Counted from the first letter of the stretch, positions 1-10,635 are shown. The stretch: DNA of 44,817 bases from Candidatus Falkowbacteria bacterium (GCA_016432645.1 CP066698.1:86245-131061), one strand, 5' to 3'. Numbers and translations: made by a program. Notes: a model not told the origin generated them from the sequence alone.

Positions 1-45
1 GGTCTTTTGTTTTGTGTGATTTTTTGTTTGTTTTGTTTTTAATTT

Positions 46-936
46 CTACTGAGCGGCAAATTCTATGCCATAATTTGTCCACCAACTGGAACGATAGTTG
101 TTGCGGTCGGCATAACCATCAAAGCCTTGGGTTTCACTGACCATAAAAATAGCGCGATATCTTCGCATAGATTCGTTGTCGGGCGGGATTACTAAATAGT
201 AGTAATCACGTGAAAACTGCCATTTTCTTAAGTGTATCATGCGGGAGATTTCCGTGCCGTTTTTTCGAAAGTCTGTTAAGCGACAATAAGCTTGCTCAGG
301 TTTCATGTTTATTCCTTCAGAAAATTTGAAATAAACATAAATTAGATTTCTGAGTTCCTTGGTAGAGGTGTCAGTAACGGTTTTACTTTCCATTCGGAAA
401 ATATAATCGTTATCCGCTCCGTCGCCGACTTTTCCCGGATTGCCGCCTATCCTAATAAAGAAGACAAAGTCTTCGCTTTGGCTATTAGCATCGGACAATT
501 GTCCAAAGGAAACGCGGTATAAACCGATTTCCGGGAACTTATGGGCAATTTGATCGCCGAAATAAGTCGTATAACGACCGATAGGATTATAGCCAGACGA
601 TTCGTTAAACAGAATTATTATATCCGTTTTAACGGCCTCTATTTTCCAGGAGCCATTAGCTGGCAAGCCTGATTCAGTTATAGCCCACATTAAAGCGGGG
701 ATGTCTCTGGAAAACCAGATGGTGTCGCCAACGGCTACTTCCGTTGTTTTGTCAGTCGTTGAGGCTGATTTTAGTCCGTCCGCAGACGAGGAGGAATTCA
801 CAAAGATTTTTACTTTTTCCGCCGGAGCAGGAATTTCAGCTTCTTGTTCACAGGATGATAGGGCAATTAAGGATAATAAAATTAATCCAAATGCCACTAA
901 AAACCAAATACTTTGTTTTGTTCTTTTGCTTCTCAT
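46..936 (-). CDS. Hypothetical secreted protein, probable lipoprotein
   Basis: 296-aa ORF with basic N-terminus (MRSKRTK), hydrophobic helix and lipobox-like LSS-C29. No family recognised for the mature part. Confidence 0.6.
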   Translation of the reverse strand: MRSKRTKQSIWFLVAFGLILLSLIALSSCEQEAEIPAPAEKVKIFVNSSSSADGLKSASTTDKTTEVAVGDTIWFSRDIPALMWAITESGLPANGSWKIEAVKTDIIILFNESSGYNPIGRYTTYFGDQIAHKFPEIGLYRVSFGQLSDANSQSEDFVFFIRIGGNPGKVGDGADNDYIFRMESKTVTDTSTKELRNLIYVYFKFSEGINMKPEQAYCRLTDFRKNGTEISRMIHLRKWQFSRDYYYLVIPPDNESMRRYRAIFMVSETQGFDGYADRNNYRSSWWTNYGIEFAAQ

Positions 937-993
937 TTTGCTAACTTTTTTGAGTTTATAATTCCGTTGTCAATGTGCGATTTTTATGACCTG

Positions 994-1022
994 ACTTTAT
1001 CATAAATACAAAAATATGTCAA
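994..1022 (-). promoter_or_regulatory. Sigma70-type promoter for the lipoprotein gene
   Basis: Minus strand TTGACA (1022-1017), 17-nt spacer, TAAAGT (999-994) with TG extended -10. Confidence 0.5.
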
Positions 1023-1036
1023 TACTAATTTTGGTA

Positions 1037-1070
1037 AATAAAAACCCCTGTCATCCGCAGATAACAGGGG
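1037..1070 (-). terminator. Intrinsic terminator of purL
   Basis: Minus strand CCCCTGTTATC-TGCG-GATGACAGGGG followed by TTTTTATT, about 20 nt after the purL stop. Confidence 0.75.
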
Positions 1071-1091
1071 TAAAATGTATGTAATTATTGG

Positions 1092-4000
1092 CTATTTATT
1101 TTCAACGCACCAATCTCTGGCGTTTTGAAACATTTTTAACCAAGGAGAGGCTTCCATATCGGCCCAATCTTTAGGCCAATAAGCCCATTGCCAGGGCAGG
1201 AAAGTTCTTTCAGGGTGAGGCATCATAATCAGATGCCGCCCGTCAGCACTGCAGAGTCCGGCAATTCCGTCTGGAGAGCCGTTCGGATTGAAGGGGTAAT
1301 CTTCGCGTTTAGCAAAACTACCATTATCCTTCACATAGCGAATCGGGATGCTCATTGAGGCCGCTGTTTTATTGTTAGGAAAGAAAGCTTTGCCTTCGCC
1401 ATGTGCTGACCAAACTCCGAGAGTTGAGCCCTCCATGTCTTGGAGCATCACTGCTTGACTTTCCATAATTTTGACCGTCAGGAAGTGGCTTTCAAATCTG
1501 CCAGAATCGTTGGCAATAAAGCGCGGTTGTTCTTCGTCCTTCAATTCCGGAAAAAGTAAACCGGTTAAAGCTAAAAATTGGCAGCCGTTGCAAATTCCGA
1601 GAGAGAGTGTATCAGGGCGTTTAAAGAAATCCTCAAACATCTGTTTCAGTCTCTCGTTGAATTTAACTGTTCCGGCCCAGCCTTTAGCGGAATCCAAAAC
1701 GTCAGCGTAACTGAAGCCGCCGACGAAAACAGCCATTTGAAAATCGTCCAAGTCAGCCGTTCCTTTCAATAAATCACTCATGGTAATATCAAAGACTTTA
1801 AATCCAGCCTGGTAAAAAGCGGAACTCATTTCTCGATCGCCATTGGAGCCTTCTTCGCGAATTATGGCGACTTCCGGTTTTTCAGCATGGAACAAAGCCT
1901 GGGTTGCTTTTGGTTTAAAAGATAAATCGTAGTTAGCGCCAGGGCGATAACAAATATTCATCTTTTTTTCTTTGGCTAAGCCCGGCAGTATTTGCAATTT
2001 CTCCAACTGATAGCTGGTTTCGTGCCATTGCTCTTTAAGATTTCCCAGTTTGTCGGAAAAAACAATTTCCGAATGATTTTTGGTGATGATTATTTCCCGC
2101 AGATGCAAGGAGCAGCCTAACTTTTGATAAGGCACAGAAGCTTCTTTTAAAACTTCAATTACTTCTTCCATATTATCGGACAAACATTCAATGACCCAGC
2201 CGGCCTCTTCGGCAAATAATTCGGCTGTTAAAGGCACCGTGGTGTCGTAGTTAATGTTTAATCCGCAATTTCCCGCGAAAGCCATTTCCAGAAGTGTGGT
2301 GATTAAGCCGCCCTTACTGATGTCGTGACAAGCAGAAATCAGCCCGTCTCTTACCAGTTCTTGAATGGCATTAAAACCAACAACTAAAGTTCTAGCATCA
2401 ATGTCCGGATAATTGTCTCCAACTTGTCCATAAACTTGTGCTAAAGCTGAACCGCCTAAGCGACGCTCACCATGAGCTAAATCTACTCTCAAGAGTGCAC
2501 TTTTCCCCGGATACTTCAAATCAGGAGTCACTTTTTGCCGTATATCGCCCATTGTTACATATCCCGATAAGACTAATTGGCTTGGAGATTTAACCAGTTC
2601 TGTTCGGCCTTCCGGATGTTGAATTTTGGTAACCATCGACAGGCTGTCTTTGCCGCCGTCAATGGCTATGCCAACTTTAACCATAAAATCGCGTAGGGCA
2701 GTAGCGGCATCGTAAAGACGCGCACCCTCGCCCGGCAATTTCGGTGCCCACATCCAGTTAGCTGACACTTTTAAATCGTGTAAGTCGCTGATAAGAGCCG
2801 GGGCCATATTAGTCAGCATTTCCGCCACCGTCATTCGGGCGGCTGCCGGTGTGTCGAGAATCATTTCCATGTGTTTCTCGCCGATAGCCGTTACCGCGCC
2901 GGTGTATTCATCGCAATCATCGGGAAAGTGGCTTTGAGCGACAACTCCAAAATCAGATACCGGAATTTGGACGGCGCCGCAACATTGTTGTTGGGCGATT
3001 AAGCCGGTTACGCTGCGGTCAACTTTCGCCGTTAAGTGGTCCTTAGAACCTACTGAAACCAAACCAAAAATTCTTTTGATTCCTTCCTCAAGGGAAAAAT
3101 CATTAGGAAGCTCCAGCGGCAGTAATTTACGTTCCAGGTGCTGGTCTCTAAAAGTTTTTTGCGGCAAGCCGCCTAAAACCTTACTTAAATCCAAGCGCAC
3201 CGGAATGCTGTCGTCGGCGCTGTCATAAACAACAAAATAACCGTCGTCGGTAACTTCGCCGAGAACTTCACAGTTCACTTTTTCACGTTTACAAATTCTT
3301 TGGAATTCTTCAATTCGTTCCGGACTGATAATAAAACCGTTGCGTTCCTGGAATTCGCAAATCCAAGTTTCAAGCACAGACAAAGTTGGGTCGCCCAAAG
3401 TAATCTTGCGGACATCAATCCGGCCGCCGTATTTTTCCACCAGTTCTTTGAGAACATTGGCCGGACCGCCGGCGCCTTGATCATGGACAATGACAATTGG
3501 ATTGTCGTCGCCCATTTCCACGCAGGCGCGAATAACGCGATTAACTTTCTGTCCCATTTCACCATCGCCACGTTGCACGGCGTTGAAATCCAAGTTTTCC
3601 GCTTGGTCGCCTTGGTTTAAAGAGGAGGCTGAGCCGCCGCCAAAACCGATGCGATAAGCCGGACCGCCGACCTGGACAATTAACATACCGGGTTCGGCCT
3701 CACCTTTCTCAATATGCTCATCATCCAGCATGCCAATACCGCCAGTAAATAAAATTGCTTTTAAATACTCTTGGCGTTCGCCGTCCGGGAGTTCAATCCC
3801 GACCGAAGCAGCTGTTCCAGTAATCACCGGTTCACCGAATTTATTACCATAATCGGAAGCACCATTGGAGCCTTCAATCATAATTTTCAACGGACTAGCA
3901 ATGTTCTTCGGATAAATCCAACCTTCTTTTTCCCAGGGCAGTTTATAGCCTGGAATATAAAGATTGCCGACAAAATAGCCAGTTGTCCCCGCAATGGTTA

Positions 4001-4916
4001 AGCCGCCGCGTCCAGTTGCCTGGATATCACGGATACGCCCGCCGGTTCCGGTTTCCGCTCCCGCATAAGGCGAGATGGTTGTCGGGAAGTTGTGCGTTTC
4101 GGCAGTAAAAATTAGATTGTAAAGCCGCTCCTGCAATTCCATAACAGACCGTTGTCCTGGATGTTTTGGCAGTAAAGTGTTCACATGATAACCTTCAATT
4201 CCGGAAGAATTATCACGGAAAGCTAAAATTGATCCTTGAGGATTAGACGTTAAAGTCGATTTTACAATCTCCATTAAAGTTTCGGACATTTCCACGCCGT
4301 CAATAATTTGCTGGCCTTTGAAATAGCCGTGCCGGCAATGTTCCGAGTTAGCGTTATTGAGATCAAGAATCTCAACGATAGTCGGGTCGCGATGTTCTAG
4401 CTCTACGAAGTAGTGATAATAGAAATCACGATCGGCTGCATCCATGGAAAGTCCAGGGATTTTTAACAAGGAATTCGGTCCTTCGGCGGTCATCGGAATC
4501 GTATAAACTGCTTCTGGCTGGCGTCCCGTGTCAAAACTTTTTAAAGGTTCCGGATAAATCATTTGGGTCATGCGATCAAATAATTTTGGTTTTGCCGCCT
4601 CGGCTTCTTCCTTAGTGCTGAATTGAGTTCTCTTGGATTTTTCAATTTTGGTAATTTTTGTCAGCCCGCAGGCATGGCAAATGGATAAAGCATTAGTGTT
4701 CCAGGGTGTGGCCACAGTTAAGAGCGGGCCTACCTCCACAACATTAAGTTCATCAGAGGGTTTCAGCCGAAAATTTTGCGGCTCGAAAGTTTCCGCTAAG
4801 AGCCAGGTCAAAATTTCCAGTTCCTTGGGGTTTAATTCTTCGCTTACTTCAACATTGAAGCAATGTTCAAAGCAGTCGTTGTCCCAGCGATAAAAGTTCA
4901 TCACTTTCTTTTTCAT
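1092..4916 (-). CDS. purL: Phosphoribosylformylglycinamidine synthase, large single-chain type with fused glutaminase
   Basis: 1274 aa. NSEHCRH, TAETHNFP, ETGTGGRIRD, HDQGAGG and GGKDSLSM motifs. Glutaminase GGFSYAD, GICNGCQ (catalytic Cys) and MPHPER. Confidence 0.97.
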   Translation of the reverse strand: MKKKVMNFYRWDNDCFEHCFNVEVSEELNPKELEILTWLLAETFEPQNFRLKPSDELNVVEVGPLLTVATPWNTNALSICHACGLTKITKIEKSKRTQFSTKEEAEAAKPKLFDRMTQMIYPEPLKSFDTGRQPEAVYTIPMTAEGPNSLLKIPGLSMDAADRDFYYHYFVELEHRDPTIVEILDLNNANSEHCRHGYFKGQQIIDGVEMSETLMEIVKSTLTSNPQGSILAFRDNSSGIEGYHVNTLLPKHPGQRSVMELQERLYNLIFTAETHNFPTTISPYAGAETGTGGRIRDIQATGRGGLTIAGTTGYFVGNLYIPGYKLPWEKEGWIYPKNIASPLKIMIEGSNGASDYGNKFGEPVITGTAASVGIELPDGERQEYLKAILFTGGIGMLDDEHIEKGEAEPGMLIVQVGGPAYRIGFGGGSASSLNQGDQAENLDFNAVQRGDGEMGQKVNRVIRACVEMGDDNPIVIVHDQGAGGPANVLKELVEKYGGRIDVRKITLGDPTLSVLETWICEFQERNGFIISPERIEEFQRICKREKVNCEVLGEVTDDGYFVVYDSADDSIPVRLDLSKVLGGLPQKTFRDQHLERKLLPLELPNDFSLEEGIKRIFGLVSVGSKDHLTAKVDRSVTGLIAQQQCCGAVQIPVSDFGVVAQSHFPDDCDEYTGAVTAIGEKHMEMILDTPAAARMTVAEMLTNMAPALISDLHDLKVSANWMWAPKLPGEGARLYDAATALRDFMVKVGIAIDGGKDSLSMVTKIQHPEGRTELVKSPSQLVLSGYVTMGDIRQKVTPDLKYPGKSALLRVDLAHGERRLGGSALAQVYGQVGDNYPDIDARTLVVGFNAIQELVRDGLISACHDISKGGLITTLLEMAFAGNCGLNINYDTTVPLTAELFAEEAGWVIECLSDNMEEVIEVLKEASVPYQKLGCSLHLREIIITKNHSEIVFSDKLGNLKEQWHETSYQLEKLQILPGLAKEKKMNICYRPGANYDLSFKPKATQALFHAEKPEVAIIREEGSNGDREMSSAFYQAGFKVFDITMSDLLKGTADLDDFQMAVFVGGFSYADVLDSAKGWAGTVKFNERLKQMFEDFFKRPDTLSLGICNGCQFLALTGLLFPELKDEEQPRFIANDSGRFESHFLTVKIMESQAVMLQDMEGSTLGVWSAHGEGKAFFPNNKTAASMSIPIRYVKDNGSFAKREDYPFNPNGSPDGIAGLCSADGRHLIMMPHPERTFLPWQWAYWPKDWADMEASPWLKMFQNARDWCVENK

Positions 4917-5015
4917 CTTGCTGATTTTTTGGTTAATACTATAAATTATTTATTTGTTAATGTTCTTTTAAAACACAATAATCTCTTGGTGTTTCCGCCA
5001 ATTAATTATCACCAC

Positions 5016-5044
5016 AAATTAACAGATAACGCCTATAAAGTCAA
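5016..5044 (-). promoter_or_regulatory. Sigma70-type promoter for purL
   Basis: Minus strand TTGACT (5044-5039), 17-nt spacer, TG-n-TAATTT (5021-5016). Confidence 0.5.
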
Positions 5045-5113
5045 ATAAAAATTCTTTCCAAGAATAGCGGGCTTAAATAGCTAATAAAGTGCCAAATTAT
5101 CGTTTATCCCTTC

Positions 5114-5142
5114 TTGACTTATATTTTATATTTTGTTAAATT
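5114..5142 (+). promoter_or_regulatory. Sigma70-type promoter for the str operon, divergent from purL
   Basis: TTGACT (5114-5119), 17-nt spacer, TG-n-TAAATT (5137-5142). Confidence 0.55.
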
Positions 5143-5261
5143 AAAAGCGTGTAAAAAATAACACATCCTGAATACTCAGGATTCTTTTAATATTTAAAAT
5201 TTAGTAATTAGCAAAGTTCGCGCCGGGCGACTGTCAGGCAGGCGAATAATAACTGAAAATT

Positions 5262-5687
5262 ATGCCCACAATCAACCAATTGGTTAAGCAGGGAAGAAAG
5301 AAGACCAAGGGTCGCAAGAATGCGATTGCTCTTCATTTTGGTCTTGATTCTTTGCATCGCAAAAAGAAAGAAACTGCCAAAGGCGCTCCTTTTAAACAGG
5401 GCGTTTGTTTGAAGGTTACTACCACCACTCCAAAGAAACCGAACTCCGCGTTACGTAAAATCGCTCGTGTTCGCTTATCCAACGGCATGGAAGTAACTGC
5501 TTATATTCCAGGTATGGGGCATAACTTGCAGGAACACTCCATTGTTTTAGTTAAAGGCGGAAAAACCAAGGATCTTCCGGGTGTCCGCTATAAAGTTGTC
5601 CGCGGCGTTTATGATGCTTCCGGTGTTGAAGCCAGACGCAAGAGCCGCAGTTCTTACGGCGCTAAAAAACCAAAAGCCGCCAAGTAA
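5262..5687 (+). CDS. rpsL: 30S ribosomal protein S12
   Basis: [32 protein letters not shown]. Confidence 0.98.
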   Translation: MPTINQLVKQGRKKTKGRKNAIALHFGLDSLHRKKKETAKGAPFKQGVCLKVTTTTPKKPNSALRKIARVRLSNGMEVTAYIPGMGHNLQEHSIVLVKGGKTKDLPGVRYKVVRGVYDASGVEARRKSRSSYGAKKPKAAK

Positions 5688-5759
5688 TCTATTTTAATAA
5701 GAATTTATAAAATAAAGTCGCGATTTTAGATAGCTGATAAATTTTGCGACTCAACAAAT

Positions 5760-6227
5760 ATGAGAGGAAAACCAGCTCCAAAAAGAGCCATCGAGGGCGA
5801 TTCAAAGTATAATGACAAGAATATTGCCAAGTTTATTAACTATGTTATGGAACGAGGCAAAAAGAGCGTAGCCGAGAGCATCGTCTATCGCGCTTTTGAT
5901 ATTCTGAAAGAAAAAACCAAGCAAGATCCGCGCCACATTTTTAATAAGGCGATTAAGAAAGTCTCTCCTTTAGTTGAGGTCCGCGGTAAGCGCGTCGGTG
6001 GCGCCAATTATCAGGTTCCTTTCCAAGTTCGCGGCGAAAGACGTTATTTCTTAGGCTGCAACTGGATTATCAAAGCCGCTAATGACCGTAAAGGACGCTC
6101 CACTGCCGAAAAATTAGCCACTGAGATTTTAGACGCTTCTAACGGCGAAGGCACAGCAGTTAAGAAGAGAGAAGCTGTTCACAAGATGGCTGAAGCCAAC
6201 AAGGCTTTTGCCCATTTCTCAAGATAA
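5760..6227 (+). CDS. rpsG: 30S ribosomal protein S7
   Basis: GKKSVAESIVY, VEVRGKRVGGANYQVP, HKMAEANKAFAH. Confidence 0.98.
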   Translation: MRGKPAPKRAIEGDSKYNDKNIAKFINYVMERGKKSVAESIVYRAFDILKEKTKQDPRHIFNKAIKKVSPLVEVRGKRVGGANYQVPFQVRGERRYFLGCNWIIKAANDRKGRSTAEKLATEILDASNGEGTAVKKREAVHKMAEANKAFAHFSR

Positions 6228-6250
6228 AATATTAAATTTAACTTTAAAAT

Positions 6251-8329
6251 ATGCCCCGAGATTATTCTCTAGACAATATTAGAAATATCGGTATCATGGC
6301 GCACATCGATGCCGGTAAAACCACTTTTACCGAGCGCGTTCTTTTTTATACCGGTAAGAAGCATAAAATCGGCGAAGTTCATGAAGGTGCGGCCGAAATG
6401 GATTGGATGGAACAGGAAAAAGAAAGAGGTATTACTATTACTTCCGCCGCGACTACTTGTTTTTGGAAGAATAAAAAAATCAATATTATTGATACTCCCG
6501 GGCACGTTGACTTCACCGTTGAAGTGGAACGCTCTTTACGCGTTTTAGATGGGGCAATTGCTGTTTTTGACGGCCAGGCCGGCGTGGAGCCGCAATCCGA
6601 AACTGTTTGGCGCCAAGCTGATAAATATCAAGTCCCTCGTCTGTGTTTCATAAATAAAATGGATAAAATGGGCGCGGATTTTTACATGAGTTTAGATTCT
6701 ATCCGCACCAGATTAAATCAGAAAGCCGTTGCTATTCAATTACCAATCGGTGCCGAAGATAATTTGAGCGGCGTTATTGATTTGTTGACCAAAAAAGCTT
6801 ATACCTTTTCCGGTCATTTTGGCGTTAACATTGAAGAAGTTCCAATTCCTGACGATATGAAAGAAAAGGTTGATACTTTTCACGCTGAACTCGTAGAAAA
6901 AGCCGTGGAATGCGATGAAGCGACCATGGAAAAATATTTAAATGGCCAAGAAGTATCTTTAGAAGAAATAAAAGCAGCTATCCGCAAGGGTGTAATTGCT
7001 AATGCGATTTATCCGGTTTTATGCGGTACTGCTTTACAGAATATCGGTGTCCAATTAGCGCTTGATGCGGTTAATGATTATTTACCATCACCTTTAGACG
7101 TTCCTCAAGTTGAAGCGACTGATGTCCGCGATGCCGAAAAGAAAGTTGGCGTTAATGCTGATGATAATAAACCGTTTATTGGCTTAGCTTTTAAAATTGC
7201 GACCGATCCTTTTGTCGGAAAATTATGTTTCGTCCGCGTTTATCAAGGTGTTTTGAGCTCCGGTTCTTATATTGTTAATTCTTCAACCGGTAATAAAGAA
7301 AGAATCAGCCGCTTAGTGCGCATGCACGCCAATCATCGTGAAGAAATTAAAGAAATTTATGCCGGTGATATCGCGGCGGTTATCGGTTTGAAAAATACCA
7401 CTACCGGCAATACTTTATGTGCGGAAGATGAACCAGTCTTATTAGAATCTATTGTTTTCCCGGAACCAGTTATTAAGATTGCCGTTGAACCAAAGACTAA
7501 AGCTGATCAAGAAAAGATGGGCGTGGCTTTATCGCGTTTAGCCGAAGAAGACCCAACTTTTAGAGTAGCCACTGATGAAGAAACTAATCAAATCTTAATT
7601 TCCGGTATGGGTGAATTGCATTTGGAAATTATTGTTGATCGTATGAAGCGCGAATTCGGCGTGGAAGCCAATGTTGGTAAACCGCAAGTATCATATCGCG
7701 AAACCATTACTAAAGTTGCTGAAGCAGAACATAAATATGCGAAGCAATCAGGCGGACGCGGACAATATGGTCATTGTTCCTTGCGCGTTGAACCGCAAGA
7801 AACCGGTAAGGGTTATGAATTCGTTGATGAAGTTAAAGGCGGCGTTATTCCGCGTGAATTTATTCCGGCGATTGAAAAGGGTGTTAAGGAAGCGATGAAC
7901 AGCGGTGTGGTTGCCGGATATCCGATGGTTGATGTTAAGACGGCAGTTTTCTACGGTTCTTATCATGAAGTTGACTCTTCGGAAATTGCCTTTAAAATGG
8001 CCGCTATCTTTGCCTTCAAAGAAGCTTGTCAGAAAGCGGGTGCAATTCTGTTGGAACCGATGATGAAAGTAGAGGTTACTACTCCGGAAGAATACATGGG
8101 TAATATTATTGGTGACTTAAGCTCTAAGCGCGGACAAGTTGAAGAAATGTCCGACCGCGCTAATATCAAAGTCGTTAAAGCTAAGGTTCCGCTCGCCGAA
8201 ATGTTCGGTTATTCAACTGGTTTAAGATCGATGAGCCAAGGCCGCGCTAACTACGTCATGGAATTTTCCCATTACGCCGAAGTGCCAAAGAATATTTTAG
8301 AGACCTTGAAAGAGAAGAACGGTAAATAA
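6251..8329 (+). CDS. fusA: Elongation factor G
   Basis: [35 protein letters not shown]. 692 aa. Confidence 0.99.
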   Translation: MPRDYSLDNIRNIGIMAHIDAGKTTFTERVLFYTGKKHKIGEVHEGAAEMDWMEQEKERGITITSAATTCFWKNKKINIIDTPGHVDFTVEVERSLRVLDGAIAVFDGQAGVEPQSETVWRQADKYQVPRLCFINKMDKMGADFYMSLDSIRTRLNQKAVAIQLPIGAEDNLSGVIDLLTKKAYTFSGHFGVNIEEVPIPDDMKEKVDTFHAELVEKAVECDEATMEKYLNGQEVSLEEIKAAIRKGVIANAIYPVLCGTALQNIGVQLALDAVNDYLPSPLDVPQVEATDVRDAEKKVGVNADDNKPFIGLAFKIATDPFVGKLCFVRVYQGVLSSGSYIVNSSTGNKERISRLVRMHANHREEIKEIYAGDIAAVIGLKNTTTGNTLCAEDEPVLLESIVFPEPVIKIAVEPKTKADQEKMGVALSRLAEEDPTFRVATDEETNQILISGMGELHLEIIVDRMKREFGVEANVGKPQVSYRETITKVAEAEHKYAKQSGGRGQYGHCSLRVEPQETGKGYEFVDEVKGGVIPREFIPAIEKGVKEAMNSGVVAGYPMVDVKTAVFYGSYHEVDSSEIAFKMAAIFAFKEACQKAGAILLEPMMKVEVTTPEEYMGNIIGDLSSKRGQVEEMSDRANIKVVKAKVPLAEMFGYSTGLRSMSQGRANYVMEFSHYAEVPKNILETLKEKNGK

Positions 8330-8360
8330 TTTTAGCCAAGTTAAGTTAATCGCTAAATAT

Positions 8361-8723
8361 ATGTCTGAACAATTCAAAAAAATTATTGAATTAATTAAGC
8401 AGACTGGGGATAAGGTAATTGTTTTTGATGCCGCTAATCCTGACAGTGCTTATGTGGTGATGGACTTTGACAGCTATTCCCGGGCCAATAAACAGACAAC
8501 AGTTATTGATAAGACTCCGGAAGCTCCAAAAATACCTAACCTTACAGCAGAAAAAGCGAAAACAGAAAATTTGACAGAAGAAGATTTAACTGATAAAATT
8601 AATCGCGAAATCTCGATGTGGAAGAATCAAGAAAATGCGCCGGTATTGTCCGAGGAAGATAAGGTAAAAAAGAATTGGCAAATTCCTCCGGCCGTCAAAA
8701 GCAATGCGCATAATATCGAGTAA
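8361..8723 (+). CDS. Hypothetical protein between fusA and tuf, N-terminus Phd/YefM-like
   Basis: 120-aa ORF with ATG 31 nt after the fusA stop. IIELIKQTGDKVIVF..AYVVMDFDSY followed by a low-complexity charged tail. Confidence 0.6.
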   Translation: MSEQFKKIIELIKQTGDKVIVFDAANPDSAYVVMDFDSYSRANKQTTVIDKTPEAPKIPNLTAEKAKTENLTEEDLTDKINREISMWKNQENAPVLSEEDKVKKNWQIPPAVKSNAHNIE

Positions 8724-8828
8724 TTTTTTATTGAAAATTTATTAAAATATTAATTTAATTTAGTTCGGCTGGTTTCCTAATATAAGGAAAGAAACCTCGC
8801 TTTCAGCGGGGGCCTTACAACAAAAAAC

Positions 8829-10016
8829 ATGGCAGACAAATTTGAACGCACAAAGCCCCATGTTAACGTCGGTACTATTGGCCACGTTGATCATGGGAAG
8901 ACCACTTTAACCGCCGCGATGTTGGCAGTTTTTAATGCTAAAGGCATGAAAGCTTCCAAGAAAGGCGTTGGTGAAATTGATGCCGCTCCTGAAGAAAAGG
9001 AAAGAGGTATCACTATTGCGACCGCTCACGTTGAGTATGAGTCCGAAAAGCGCCATTATGCGCACGTTGATTGTCCAGGGCACGCCGATTATGTTAAGAA
9101 CATGATTACTGGCGCCGCTCAAATGGATGGCTCTATCTTGGTAGTAGCTGCGACTGATGGTCCTATGCCTCAAACCAGAGAGCACATCTTGTTAGCTCGT
9201 CAGGTTGGTGTCCCTTATATCATTGTTTTCTTAAATAAGTGCGATATGGTAGAAGATCAGGAATTAATTGACCTGGTTGAAGAAGAAATTCGTGATTTAT
9301 TAAAGAAATATGAATTCCCTGGAGACACTACTCCAATTATCCGCGGTTCTGCTTTAAAGGCTTTAGAGAATCCAACCGGTCCGGATGCTGAACCAATCTT
9401 GAAATTAATGGAATCTTTGGATAATTATATTCCAGAACCAGCTAGAGATGTTGATCATCCTTTCTTAATGCCGATTGAAGATATCTTCTCTATTGAAGGT
9501 CGCGGTACTGTTGTTACTGGCCGTATTGAAAGAGGTATCATCAAAGTTGGCGATGAAGTTGAAATCGTCGGTTTAATGGATACCAAAAAGACCACTGTTA
9601 CCGGAGTTGAAATGTTTAACAAACAATTAGACCAAGGCCAAGCTGGTGATAATGCCGGTTTATTGCTTCGCGGTACTAAGAAGAATGAAGTTGAAAGAGG
9701 TCAAGTTCTCTGCAAACCGGGAACAACTACCCCTCACACTGAATTCACTGCGGAAGTTTACGTTTTGTCTAAAGATGAAGGCGGACGCCATAAGCCATTC
9801 TTCAATGGTTACAAGCCTCAATTTTACTTCAAGACCACTGACGTTACCGGCGACATCACTTTGCCTGCCGGAACGGAAATGGTTATGCCTGGAGACACTG
9901 TTAATTTAACTGTTAAATTAATTGCTCCAATCGCCCTTGAAGATAAACAGAAATTCACCATCCGCGAAGGCGGACGCACTGTTGGTGCCGGTGTTGTTAC
10001 TAAAATCTTAAAGTAA
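8829..10016 (+). CDS. tuf: Elongation factor Tu
   Basis: [38 protein letters not shown]. Confidence 0.99.
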   Translation: MADKFERTKPHVNVGTIGHVDHGKTTLTAAMLAVFNAKGMKASKKGVGEIDAAPEEKERGITIATAHVEYESEKRHYAHVDCPGHADYVKNMITGAAQMDGSILVVAATDGPMPQTREHILLARQVGVPYIIVFLNKCDMVEDQELIDLVEEEIRDLLKKYEFPGDTTPIIRGSALKALENPTGPDAEPILKLMESLDNYIPEPARDVDHPFLMPIEDIFSIEGRGTVVTGRIERGIIKVGDEVEIVGLMDTKKTTVTGVEMFNKQLDQGQAGDNAGLLLRGTKKNEVERGQVLCKPGTTTPHTEFTAEVYVLSKDEGGRHKPFFNGYKPQFYFKTTDVTGDITLPAGTEMVMPGDTVNLTVKLIAPIALEDKQKFTIREGGRTVGAGVVTKILK

Positions 10017-10080
10017 TTGCTTAGACTTGCTCTTCTTCGGAAGGGCAAGCCAGTAGCGATCATTTTAAAAAATTTAAATT

Positions 10081-10416
10081 ATGTCCGAACACAAAAAAGA
10101 CGAAAAAGAATTCAAACAGAGGATAAGAATCAAGATTAAGGCCTTCGACCACAAAATCATTGATCAAGCCACTAAAACTATTATTGAAACCATCGAGCGC
10201 AGCGATGCTCAGTTTTTTGGTCCGATTCCGCTTCCGATTGAAAAAAGAAAATATACCGTTAACCGGTCTACTTTCGTGCACAAAGATGCCCGCGACCAAT
10301 ATGAAATGCGCATCCACAAGCGTATGATTGATATTATTGATCCAACCGCTAAAACCATCGAAGATTTGACCAATTTGAACTTACCAGCTGGGGTTGACGT
10401 GGAAATAAAAATGTAG
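10081..10416 (+). CDS. rpsJ: 30S ribosomal protein S10
   Basis: [35 protein letters not shown]. Confidence 0.97.
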   Translation: MSEHKKDEKEFKQRIRIKIKAFDHKIIDQATKTIIETIERSDAQFFGPIPLPIEKRKYTVNRSTFVHKDARDQYEMRIHKRMIDIIDPTAKTIEDLTNLNLPAGVDVEIKM

Positions 10417-10635
10417 TAATATAAAAAAGTAATAAAATTATTTGCTATTAACGGCTCGGACAACTCTAATTTTAGAAAGTATCTTGGCCAATATTAGTGA
10501 AATTTGGAGGTAAATCAGTTAGAATTATAAATTTGCTTAATAAAACGCTAAGATAAATGTTTTATTTTTCATTTTTTTGCTTATTCTATACTGGTTTATT
10601 GAACCAGTTTTTTTGTGTATATTGAAGAAAATTAT

